64,000 nt of DNA from an uncultured Methanosarcinales archaeon. GTDB taxonomy: Archaea > Nanobdellota > Nanobdellia > Woesearchaeales > CAZOXR01. Both the position numbers and the translations under genes were made by a program. The notes beneath the pieces were generated by a model, which was not told where the DNA came from, searched no databases, and saw nothing but the letters and a program-made list of their open reading frames with translations. This document shows positions 19,652 through 28,299 of the stretch, piece after piece (position 1 is the stretch's first letter; every line of letters starts with the position of its first letter). The stretch is from positions 247,751 through 311,750 of the forward strand of contig CAZMIO010000001.1 of NCBI GenBank assembly GCA_964566535.1, written 5' to 3'.

Positions 19652-21106
19652 ATGAATAAACTAATGAAATATTTTGCTATAATTCCTGTAATATTCCTGT
19701 TACTTGTTAGTGTAGTTAGTGCTGACAATCATACTTCTGAGAGTATTGTAGAGGATACATTTACATTTGAGTTAAATGCGGTTAAAAACAAGATTTCTGT
19801 TGAAGATTTAGCTGAGTTTGAGTTGAAGATTACTAATAAGTTGGATAAAGAGATTGAATATAGAGTTTATTCGTTAAGTTTTCCTAATTGGGAGATATTG
19901 ACAAAGCCGCTAGTTAACCCAATTATTGTAACTGTCAGCCCTTTGTCTTCTAAGGTTACTTCAATCTATCTTGATCCATTGAGTATAAAGGCTATTGGGA
20001 AATATTTAGTTGAAATAAATGTTAAATCTGGGGATAATGGTGAAACTTTAAAAGAGAATGCTGAAGTTGTAGTAAAATCTACTGGGGACTTGGTCGGAGG
20101 GTATTCTCCATCTGTAACTGTTAATGTTAATATGCCTAAGTCAATAGATCCGCGTGATGAGGTTCCTATCAGGATTGAATTGATAAATAACAATATAATT
20201 GAATATGATGAAGTTTTGATTCGTTTGGAAAGTGATACAATCAACAGGGAGATTGTTGATAAGCTAGGTCCTGAGGAAACTAAAACTATTGAAATAGTTG
20301 AGAAAATTGATGAATTCACATTACCTCAAGATGATGTTATCCAGATAACCTTAACATGGGAAGAAGAAATAATTAAGGGGCCTTTGATACAGCCTGTAGA
20401 GATTGTCGAGTATTCATCAGTTGAAGAAGATACTGATAAGAAGCCATTGGCTACACTTAAACAAATAATCGTTAAGTCAAATAACCCTGAGTTTACAGGT
20501 CCAATAAGAGTTGAGACTAGTAGATTAAGGAGTATGTTTACTTCCATACATCCAAGGGCAGAAATGATTAATGTGGATGGAACTGACTTTTTTGAATTTA
20601 ATGTTGAGTTAGAAGAGAATATGGCCGAGATAAGGATTAGTGAGAATTACCTTCCTTTGATATTAGTGGTTGTATTGGCAATAGTTGCTGTTATTCTATA
20701 TTTAATCTATAGAAGTCCATTAGTGATAAGGAAGAGTGCTCAGAACCTTGAGAGAAGTGAAGGTGGGATATCTCAGATGAAGATTATATTAACTGTTAAG
20801 AATAGGAGTAAAGTGTCATTACAATCAGTTGAGATTATTGATAAGGTTCCGAACATTGTTGATATTGAGAAAGAGGTTCACTTAGGAATTTTGCAGCCAA
20901 TACAGATATTAAGGCATGAGAACAAGGGTTCTGTTATTAAGTGGCTTATTGATGATTTGAATCCAACTGAAGAGAGAGTAATCAGCTATAGGATTAAGTC
21001 AGCTTTACCGATTATTGGAGAGTTTAGTTTGGAGTCTGCCTTTTCTAAGTTTAAGATGAATGGTAAGGAGAAGATTACTCATTCTAATACTTTGAGTGTT
21101 GCTTAA
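19652..21106 (+). CDS. Secreted/membrane-anchored beta-sandwich protein
   Basis: Signal peptide, Ig-like strands, single TM near aa 335, C-terminal DUF11-like beta domain. Confidence 0.65.
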   Translation: MNKLMKYFAIIPVIFLLLVSVVSADNHTSESIVEDTFTFELNAVKNKISVEDLAEFELKITNKLDKEIEYRVYSLSFPNWEILTKPLVNPIIVTVSPLSSKVTSIYLDPLSIKAIGKYLVEINVKSGDNGETLKENAEVVVKSTGDLVGGYSPSVTVNVNMPKSIDPRDEVPIRIELINNNIIEYDEVLIRLESDTINREIVDKLGPEETKTIEIVEKIDEFTLPQDDVIQITLTWEEEIIKGPLIQPVEIVEYSSVEEDTDKKPLATLKQIIVKSNNPEFTGPIRVETSRLRSMFTSIHPRAEMINVDGTDFFEFNVELEENMAEIRISENYLPLILVVVLAIVAVILYLIYRSPLVIRKSAQNLERSEGGISQMKIILTVKNRSKVSLQSVEIIDKVPNIVDIEKEVHLGILQPIQILRHENKGSVIKWLIDDLNPTEERVISYRIKSALPIIGEFSLESAFSKFKMNGKEKITHSNTLSVA

Positions 21107-21140
21107 AGTTATTTGTTATGTATGTTTTCTATACCCTTAC

Positions 21141-21260
21141 AAAAATCCCGCCAACCACGGCACAGACGGATTTTTCTTTGAAAAATCCTATTTCGCTTAC
21201 CATAACCGTATACTACGTATACGAACATGATAAGCTTCATCTGGCCATGGCTGGATTTTT
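21141..21260 (-). ncRNA. Candidate structured RNA/element (three-way junction, degenerate hammerhead-like core)
   Basis: Minus-strand stems CCAGCCAUGGC/GCCGUGGUUGG, CAGAUG/CGUCUG and GCUUAUCAU/AUGGUAAGC are fully paired only with G-U; also GGAUUUUUC/GAAAAAUCC and CGUAUAC/GUAUACG. Confidence 0.55.
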
Positions 21261-21337
21261 TAATTTAATTAAAAAATTGCCTTGTTCCTTTGATTAAATA
21301 ACAAAGCTTTTATATGATTTTAACTTAGATTTTCGTT

Positions 21338-22582
21338 ATGAAAATATTAGATGAAGTGCTAGCGGATGTTAAGCCTAGTGTGGAGGAAGACAGAAAGATC
21401 ATGGCTAAGGTAGATGAAATTCTATCTAAAGTTAAAAGTAATGTTTTGGATGCTAAGGCTGTCCTTGGCGGGTCTGGTGCTAAGGGGACTTGGCTTCGTG
21501 GTATGCATGATGCAGATATGTTTGTGTTGTTTGATTATGAAAAGTTTAAGGGAAGGAGTGAAGAGATATCTGACATTTTAGAGAAAAGTATTAAGAAGGT
21601 TTTTAAGAATTTAATTAGGCTGCATGGTTCTAGAGATTACTTTCAGTTGAAAAGAGATGGGTTTACTTATGAAATAATTCCTATTTTAGAAATAAAGAAA
21701 GCTAATGATGCCATGAATATAACGGACATTAGTCCGTTGCATGCTAAATGGGTTAACAAACATAAGAAGTTAAGAGATGAGATTTTGTTGACTAAACAGT
21801 TTTGTAAAGCTAATAATTGCTATGGGGCTGAGAGTTATATTAAGGGTTTTTCAGGGTATATATGTGAAATATTGACAATTTACTATGGTGGATTTTTAAA
21901 TTTGGTTAAGAATGCTGCTAAGTGGAAGGGTAAGGTTGTTATTGATGTTGAAGGTTATCATAAGGGAAAGGATGTTATGTTTGAATTGAATAAGTCTAAG
22001 ACTTACTCTCCAATAATTGTTGTTGATCCTGTGCAGAAGGAGAGGAATGCTTCTGCTGCTTTGAGTGAAGAGAAGTTTGAGGTTTTTAGGTCTAGGTGTA
22101 AGGAGTTTGTCAGAAAGCCATCTAAGAATTTTTTTGAGATTGAGAAGATTGATTTAGATAAGTTGGAGAAGAAGGCTGTTGGGAAGAACTTATTGATATT
22201 GGATGTTAAGGCATTGGAAGGGAAGGAGGATGTAGTTGGAGCAAAGCTTTTGAAGGTTTATGAGCATATTGTTAAGATGATGAAATTTTATGAGTTTAAT
22301 GTGTTGAGTTCTGGATGGGAGTGGGAGGAAGGTAGTGATGCTATGTTTTACTTTATAGTTGATAAGAAGGAACTTTCTAAGACTAAATTACAGATGGGGC
22401 CTCCTTTGAAGGTTAAAGAACATGTTAATGAGTTTAAGAAGAAGCATAAGAATGCGTTTGAGAAAAATGGAAAGGTGTATGCTGATGTTAAAAGGAAATT
22501 TGTTAATGTTATAGATATGGTTAAGGATGAAGTTGGTTCTGAATATGTTAAGGGGCGGGTTGGGGCTGTTAAGATAAGATGA
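21338..22582 (+). CDS. cca: CCA-adding enzyme (archaeal class I)
   Basis: GGSGAKGTWL..HDADMF, DISPLH, YGAESYIKGFSGYICE, VVDPVQKERN, GPP. Confidence 0.92.
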   Translation: MKILDEVLADVKPSVEEDRKIMAKVDEILSKVKSNVLDAKAVLGGSGAKGTWLRGMHDADMFVLFDYEKFKGRSEEISDILEKSIKKVFKNLIRLHGSRDYFQLKRDGFTYEIIPILEIKKANDAMNITDISPLHAKWVNKHKKLRDEILLTKQFCKANNCYGAESYIKGFSGYICEILTIYYGGFLNLVKNAAKWKGKVVIDVEGYHKGKDVMFELNKSKTYSPIIVVDPVQKERNASAALSEEKFEVFRSRCKEFVRKPSKNFFEIEKIDLDKLEKKAVGKNLLILDVKALEGKEDVVGAKLLKVYEHIVKMMKFYEFNVLSSGWEWEEGSDAMFYFIVDKKELSKTKLQMGPPLKVKEHVNEFKKKHKNAFEKNGKVYADVKRKFVNVIDMVKDEVGSEYVKGRVGAVKIR

Positions 22583-23256
22583 AAGCTATAATTCTTGCTG
22601 CTGGTAAAGGTACTAGAATGAAGGAGCTTACTAAGTATATTCCTAAGCCTTTGCTTAAGGTTGATGGAAAGGCCATACTAGAGCGTAATCTTGATCAGCT
22701 TAAAGGGTTGGTTAGTGAAATTGTGATTGTTGTTGGTTATCTGAAAGAAAAGATTATGGAGCATTTTGGGACTTCATATGATGGGATGAAAATTACTTAT
22801 GTTATTCAGAAACAGCAACGCGGTACGGGAGATGCGCTTTTGGCGGTTGCCGACTATGATGTTAATGTTTTGAAAGATAGGTTTTTGCTGATGATGGGGG
22901 ATGACTTATATTTTAAGGAAGATATTGAGGCTTGTTTAAATTTTGATAATTCTATTCTAGCTCAGAAGGTTGATGATCCATCTAGGTTTGGAGTTTTTGT
23001 TGTTGAAGATGGTTTGATTAAGGATGTTGTTGAAAAACCAAAGGAGTTTGTTTCGGATATTGCTAATGTTGCACTTTATGTTTTTGATGGAGTAGATATG
23101 GGGGAGTTAGAAGAGTCTGAGAGGGGAGAGATTGAGTTTACTGATGTTGTTTTGGATGTTGTTAACGGAAGGGACGTTCATTGTGTTATGGCTAAGAAAT
23201 GGATTCCAATTGCTGATGCTTCTGACTTGGCTAAGGCTGAGGAGTTGATGAAATGA
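22579..23256 (+). CDS. Sugar-phosphate nucleotidyltransferase
   Basis: ILAAGKGTRM..T..PKPL, GTGDA, GDD, VVEKP, SERGEIEFTD. Confidence 0.88.
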   Translation: MKAIILAAGKGTRMKELTKYIPKPLLKVDGKAILERNLDQLKGLVSEIVIVVGYLKEKIMEHFGTSYDGMKITYVIQKQQRGTGDALLAVADYDVNVLKDRFLLMMGDDLYFKEDIEACLNFDNSILAQKVDDPSRFGVFVVEDGLIKDVVEKPKEFVSDIANVALYVFDGVDMGELEESERGEIEFTDVVLDVVNGRDVHCVMAKKWIPIADASDLAKAEELMK

Positions 23257-24125
23257 ATTTAGTGATTTTCTTGAAAGGTTTTCTTATGGGTGTATGTGAT
23301 ATAATCCCTGGGATATCTGGCGGAACGATTGCTTTTATTACTGGGATTTATTCTAGATTGATTAATGCTGTTAAGAATATTTCTTTTAGGGTTGTTCTTG
23401 ATATTTTTGGTTATTTAGTTCACAGAGATGATGAGAGTTTAGGCAAGGTTAAAGAAGGATTTAAGAGAATGGACCTTGGTTTTTTGGTTGTTTTAGGGCT
23501 GGGTATTGGGAGTGCTGTTTTGATAATGTCCCGAGTTGTTAGTTTTTTGCTTGATAATTATTTTGGCTATACTATTTCATTTTTTGTTGGGTTGATATTG
23601 GCTTCTTCGAAGACTATCTATGATAAGATTGAGAGACACCATAGTGTTAATGTACTATTTGGTGTTGTTGGGTTAGTGATTGGATTGGTTTTAGCTGTTA
23701 TTAGACCTCTTGAAGTAACTCCAAGTTTAAGTTATGTTTTTCTAGGTGGGTTTTTAGCTATAAGTGCAATGTTTTTGCCAGGGATATCTGGGGCTTTTAT
23801 TTTGCTTATAATGGGTATGTATAAGTTTATGTTAGATGTGCTGCATGACATTACTGGGAATATTGGTTTCTTTTTGATGTTTCTTTTTGGTGCTGGGTTA
23901 GGCGCTTTTACAATATCTCACCTTATTGCTTTTCTTTTTAAGAAAGATAGATGCAAAACATTGTATGTTTTGTTAGGGCTGGTTATTGGAGCTTTGAGCA
24001 TTCCGGTGAAGGAAGTTGTTAGTGGCGGGAATTTGGACGTTATTATGGGAATCTTTTTAATATCTGGATTTCTATCAGTAACATTAGTAGGTAAGTTTGT
24101 GAAGGTTGAAAATGGAACAGAATAG
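23253..24125 (+). CDS. DUF368 family membrane protein (polyprenyl-phosphate translocase-like)
   Basis: KGFLMGVCDIIPGISGGTIAFITGIY and AMFLPGISGA repeats; multi-TM. Confidence 0.88.
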   Translation: MNLVIFLKGFLMGVCDIIPGISGGTIAFITGIYSRLINAVKNISFRVVLDIFGYLVHRDDESLGKVKEGFKRMDLGFLVVLGLGIGSAVLIMSRVVSFLLDNYFGYTISFFVGLILASSKTIYDKIERHHSVNVLFGVVGLVIGLVLAVIRPLEVTPSLSYVFLGGFLAISAMFLPGISGAFILLIMGMYKFMLDVLHDITGNIGFFLMFLFGAGLGAFTISHLIAFLFKKDRCKTLYVLLGLVIGALSIPVKEVVSGGNLDVIMGIFLISGFLSVTLVGKFVKVENGTE

Positions 24126-24684
24126 GGTAATATTGATCTTGTTGGGCATTATACTATTAGGTGCTAGTTTCTTAGTTGATAATGAAGTTCCTACTTTTGT
24201 TGAGTATGTGGAGAATCCTGTTTTTGACTATTTCTTTAGCGGTATTACCCATTTTGGGAATGTGTTTATTGTGTTGATTTTGATAACTTCTATGTTTTTG
24301 TGGAATGAGAGAAAAAGGGAATGGATAGGGCCATTGTGGAGTGCTTTTATTTCATCTATAGTTATCTCTTATATATTGAAGTTTTTGATTGCAAGGCCAA
24401 GGCCAATTGCCGATCTTAGTTTTGCAATAAGTGCATTTAATTTTTCTTTTCCAAGTACTCATGCGGCAGCTGCTTTTGCTGCTTTGCCGATATTAGACAA
24501 AGAATTTCCTAAATTTAAGTGGTTCTGGATAAGTTTTGTTATGTTGGTTGGGTTGAGCAGAATCTATTTAGGGATGCATTACCTTAGTGATGTGATTGGT
24601 GGAGCTTTGCTTGGGTATACAATTGGGTTTTTATTTGTTTATATTGAGGATAAGTATAAGTTGTTTAGGTTGAAGAAGTTTTAG
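24112..24684 (+). CDS. PAP2 family membrane phosphatase
   Basis: KFLIARPRP, SFPSTH, SRIYLGMHYLSDV. Confidence 0.9.
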   Translation: MEQNRVILILLGIILLGASFLVDNEVPTFVEYVENPVFDYFFSGITHFGNVFIVLILITSMFLWNERKREWIGPLWSAFISSIVISYILKFLIARPRPIADLSFAISAFNFSFPSTHAAAAFAALPILDKEFPKFKWFWISFVMLVGLSRIYLGMHYLSDVIGGALLGYTIGFLFVYIEDKYKLFRLKKF

Positions 24685-24723
24685 GTGAAAAGATTTAAAT
24701 AACTTGAATAGTTGCTGATTCTT

Positions 24724-25059
24724 ATGGATATGGATAAAGAAGCTTGGATTGAAGCTGCAGAACAGTATGCTCTACTGGCTGAGAGAGCTGTTCATCTTAG
24801 TTATGGTAGATGGAAATAGGATCTAGCTGGAGCAATGGCGGATGCAATATGTGAGGCCTTTGCTATAGCCCCTGGTGATTCAGAACGGGTGGACTCGTTT
24901 AGAGGGTCCCTTGATGAAGATCAGGTACCAATTGCTCAGGAATTGTTAGATGATGTTGGTAAATATAGGGGAAGTGCACCTGCTGAGTTGGTTGAGAGAT
25001 TAGATCCAACGTTAAGGAATATAGAGACAGTTTGTCAAAGTTATTTAGTGGCGGAGTAG
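24724..25059 (+). pseudogene. 111-codon orphan ORF interrupted by an in-frame TAG (24817-24819)
   Basis: TATA (TTTAAATA 24694-24701) then ATG 24724 MDMDKEAWIEAAEQY..GRWK*DLAGAMADA.., in frame with the 74-aa ORF at 24835. Confidence 0.55.
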
Positions 25060-25061
25060 TT

Positions 25062-25634
25062 TTATGAACTTCTTTTTGTCATAACAATTCCGTAATGGTA
25101 TGGTTTAAGGTTGTGTTTTTCTGGGTTATTGAATCCTGCTTGTTTTGCCCACTCAATGCATTGTTCTGGTTTTGGTCTTATATTCATTGGAGGGCCTCTT
25201 GGAGTTGTTTTGTCGTAGTTCCAGTGGATGATGCCTAGCTTTCCTTTTGGTTTTAGGATTCTATTTGCTTCTCTTAGTAGTTTTTCTGGGTTTTTTAGGT
25301 GTAGGATGTTGAATAACATGACATAGTCGATACTTTTGTCTTTGAGTCCTGATCCGTCTGCCATGAAATCTTTTTGAATTGCGATTATATTTGTTAGTTT
25401 GTTTTTTATTGCTTTTGTTTTTGTTAATTCTATCATTTCTGGTTCTATGTCTAATGCGTAGATATTTTCTCTTATTATCTTTGCTGTAGGGATTGTGAAT
25501 GTTGCGTATCCGCAGCCAAACTCTGCTACGTTTTTGATGTTGTTAGTTATGCCCATTGTTTTTAGAATGCTAACTGGATTGAAGAACTGGTTCCATCTTT
25601 CTTCTTCAGGCATACCGCTTTCTCTGATTTTCAT
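25062..25634 (-). CDS. Class I SAM-dependent methyltransferase
   Basis: AEFGCGY, YALDIE, RILKPKG, TPRGPP. Confidence 0.85.
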   Translation of the reverse strand: MKIRESGMPEEERWNQFFNPVSILKTMGITNNIKNVAEFGCGYATFTIPTAKIIRENIYALDIEPEMIELTKTKAIKNKLTNIIAIQKDFMADGSGLKDKSIDYVMLFNILHLKNPEKLLREANRILKPKGKLGIIHWNYDKTTPRGPPMNIRPKPEQCIEWAKQAGFNNPEKHNLKPYHYGIVMTKRSS

Positions 25635-25677
25635 CTTAATTGCTGTAGAATTTACTTCTAATATAAACGTTTAGGTT

Positions 25678-26124
25678 TTAGCTTCTTGCTTGTCTTAGAA
25701 AACTTTTGCTTCTCTCTAACTCTTGTGGTGTAGGGGAGAGTGTTATATGGTATTCAGTCTGATAAGGGTCTACTCCTTGATTAGAAACTACTACGTTAGT
25801 TAAACCTATACGAACTCCTACCTTACCGTTTTTATGCTCGTAATCAGGGCAGTATTCAAGTGCAGCTCTTGCGCAATCAAGAGCTTCTTCTCCTTCAAGT
25901 TTTGATGACTTATGAGCATAAAGGAATGCAATCATCTTACATAATTCTGTTGGGTCTGGTTGACCATCATCTATCATGTCAAAACTCCCTGATTTGATTG
26001 CGTGACGCAATCCTAATAAGTAGGCAAGAGCACTATCTTCTAAACCATTGATGGAGTAATCAATTACGCGAATTTCAGTCTCGTCATCCAACCGGTATTC
26101 TAAATCACTTTCTTCTTCGCTCAT
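25678..26124 (-). CDS. Hypothetical protein (acidic orphan)
   Basis: 148-aa ORF, no recognised motif. Confidence 0.55.
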   Translation of the reverse strand: MSEEESDLEYRLDDETEIRVIDYSINGLEDSALAYLLGLRHAIKSGSFDMIDDGQPDPTELCKMIAFLYAHKSSKLEGEEALDCARAALEYCPDYEHKNGKVGVRIGLTNVVVSNQGVDPYQTEYHITLSPTPQELERSKSFLRQARS

Positions 26125-26158
26125 CTAATGAAGGGATTTAAGATAGTTATAAAAAGTT

Positions 26159-27115
26159 TTAGAATTTCCAGAATTCTTTAAGATTGTTTTGCAGATTGTT
26201 TAATCTTTTGTTTAGTTCTTGTTTGACTTCTTCTGAAGATTTAGTTGGAGTTTCTTTGTATTTCATCGGTTTGTTGTTTATGCCGTCTGTGAAATTATGG
26301 ACGCATTGTGGAAGGAAGTCTATATCATAACCTCCTTCTAAGGTTGCGAAGATGTTTTTGAAGTTTTTCTGTAAAAGTTTTCCTACTTCATGGAATGTGT
26401 TTGTTGTTAGGTTAAGGTTTAGTAAGGGGTCTTTATGATGTGCATCAAATCCTGCTGAAACGCCAACTACGTCTGGGTTGAATTGTTTTAGTACTGGTAA
26501 AAATTGTTTGAAAGCTTTTAGGTATAGGTCGTCTCCTGTTGTTTGTGGTAATGGGATGTTGATTGTAAAACCTTTTCCTTCTTTTTCTCCAATTTGGTTT
26601 TCGTCTCCAAAAGAAGGGAATGCTGGATATTGGTGGAGAGAGAGGTACATTACTTTGTTTGTGTTGTAGAAGAATGTTTCAGTGCCATCACCGCAATGTC
26701 CGTCTATGTCTATTATTAGGACTTTTTTATTTTGGTTTGCTAGCTTTTGAGCTGCGATTGCAATGTTATTGAACAAACAGAATCCGGATGTCGGGTCGTT
26801 ATTAGCGTGATGTCCTGGTGGTCTGACTAAAGCAAAGTCATTTGATTTTGACGCCATGATTGCTGCGCCTACTGCATAGATTGCTGCTTTGTAGGAGCCT
26901 TTTGAAAGCATTGTTTCGGGATTTAGTTGTTGTCCTAGTTTGCATGATTTCTTTATTTGAGCAATGTATGGTTCTTCGTGTACGAAGTGGAGGTAGGGTT
27001 CTCCGCTGATTAATTTGGTTTCTTTTAAATCACCTAGTGAAAGAAGTCTTTGTATGCTTTCTGGATGCATTCCAGTGTCGTGTTCTAAGAATACTTTATT
27101 GTAGAGGAAGTTCAT
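26159..27115 (-). CDS. Histone deacetylase-family (Zn-dependent) deacylase
   Basis: HPE, RPPGHHA, GFCLFNN, DIDGHCGDGT, SLHQ, SAGFDAH..DPL, LEGGY. Confidence 0.93.
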   Translation of the reverse strand: MNFLYNKVFLEHDTGMHPESIQRLLSLGDLKETKLISGEPYLHFVHEEPYIAQIKKSCKLGQQLNPETMLSKGSYKAAIYAVGAAIMASKSNDFALVRPPGHHANNDPTSGFCLFNNIAIAAQKLANQNKKVLIIDIDGHCGDGTETFFYNTNKVMYLSLHQYPAFPSFGDENQIGEKEGKGFTINIPLPQTTGDDLYLKAFKQFLPVLKQFNPDVVGVSAGFDAHHKDPLLNLNLTTNTFHEVGKLLQKNFKNIFATLEGGYDIDFLPQCVHNFTDGINNKPMKYKETPTKSSEEVKQELNKRLNNLQNNLKEFWKF

Positions 27116-27233
27116 AATAAGTTGTTTTAATTTGTGTTATATTAAAAGTTTATCATTATTTTTCCAATACGTTTTTCACTGGTGTATCTGAAGATATTAA
27201 AAAGTTAGTATTTTAGAATATAATGCCTTAAAA

Positions 27234-27461
27234 TTATCTATTAGGATTAGCCATTACATATATCTCATCTGTAGGATCAAAGAGATCAGTATTAGGTGAC
27301 TTGTATTGGGAGTCAGTAGATTCTCTTTCAATTTCTATAGGTACTGGCACTTCTAATTCCTTAGGTGCTTGAGGACTAGTCCTACCGGCAGCCATAAGTG
27401 TTCCAAGTATAACTGCGTCAATAGCAAGATCTCTTATGAGTTCTTTAGTTTGTTTTTCCAT
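27234..27461 (-). CDS. Small hypothetical protein
   Basis: 75-aa ORF 3 nt downstream of the preceding gene; hydrophobic N-terminal patch. Confidence 0.45.
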   Translation of the reverse strand: MEKQTKELIRDLAIDAVILGTLMAAGRTSPQAPKELEVPVPIEIERESTDSQYKSPNTDLFDPTDEIYVMANPNR

Positions 27462-27464
27462 TTT

Positions 27465-28238
27465 TTATAGTACCTCTAAATCTAATGATCTTTCATTTAG
27501 GTCAAGCAGTCCCCTCATCTTTCTGTAAAAAGGTTGAACTTTCTCCATTGTTTCTTCATCTCTTCTATGATCAGCTACAATCTCATATAATGATGCACGA
27601 TGGAGTTGACCTATATCCATCATAGGACTTCTTTGTTGACGGATTGATAACCTTACATAAGGTGTATCTTCTAATGGAATCTGTCCCCTAACAAGAACTG
27701 GTCTATCGTGGAATAATCTTAATTTATTTAATTCTAAATAGTCATTAAGGGTAGCTACATCTCCCAACTTTGTTGCAGGTTGTAATGTTTCTGAATCAGA
27801 TAATTTTCTTGTGATTTCTTGATCTAGCTCGTTGCTATGTAGTCTCCATTTTGTTAAAACTAATGTTCCATTCTCGGAGTCTATACAACCAGAATGGAGT
27901 GATAGAAACGCATCCATATATGAATCAAACTCTTGAGTTGCAAAAGGAGTCCATCTTTGTAATCTTTGACCCGAATCCAATAATGGTTCGCCTAAACCCT
28001 TTCCCTGGTATTGTCTTAAAAGAGATCTATCCTGAACTACAGTATCACCCACATATACTTGCCCATCATTAACATAAAGTAGGAATCCTCCTTCGTCCTC
28101 CATCATTGGCCATGCTTGGACTCTGTCAACTACGTTAGGATCGGTTAATGCTTCTTGTAATGCACCTCTAATATTTCGTTTGCTATATTCATCAAGAAAT
28201 CTATCCCTTCTTGCTTCATAGCCATTTTGATCTGCCAT
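27465..28238 (-). CDS. Hypothetical protein (Arg/Asp-rich orphan)
   Basis: 257-aa ORF with own TATA (~28261-28268); no recognised motif. Confidence 0.6.
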   Translation of the reverse strand: MADQNGYEARRDRFLDEYSKRNIRGALQEALTDPNVVDRVQAWPMMEDEGGFLLYVNDGQVYVGDTVVQDRSLLRQYQGKGLGEPLLDSGQRLQRWTPFATQEFDSYMDAFLSLHSGCIDSENGTLVLTKWRLHSNELDQEITRKLSDSETLQPATKLGDVATLNDYLELNKLRLFHDRPVLVRGQIPLEDTPYVRLSIRQQRSPMMDIGQLHRASLYEIVADHRRDEETMEKVQPFYRKMRGLLDLNERSLDLEVL

Positions 28239-28299
28239 GACAAAAAGGGTGAAGAACTAGTATATAAGGTTTATTATTGATGTTACTTTAAAGTAGTAT

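Noticed and set aside
21137..21152. TTAC followed by AAAAATCCCGCC, reminiscent of an IS608-type left end
   Set aside because: A four-base match only; no tnpA/tnpB or right end nearby
24817..24819. Genome-wide TAG recoding
   Set aside because: Conserved genes such as hisD, hisB and gap end at TAG at their expected lengths
27161..27200. Weak hairpin containing CGTTTTTCACT, similar to the tandem-GA motif in rps3ae
   Set aside because: Pairing is short and imperfect; cannot be distinguished from chance
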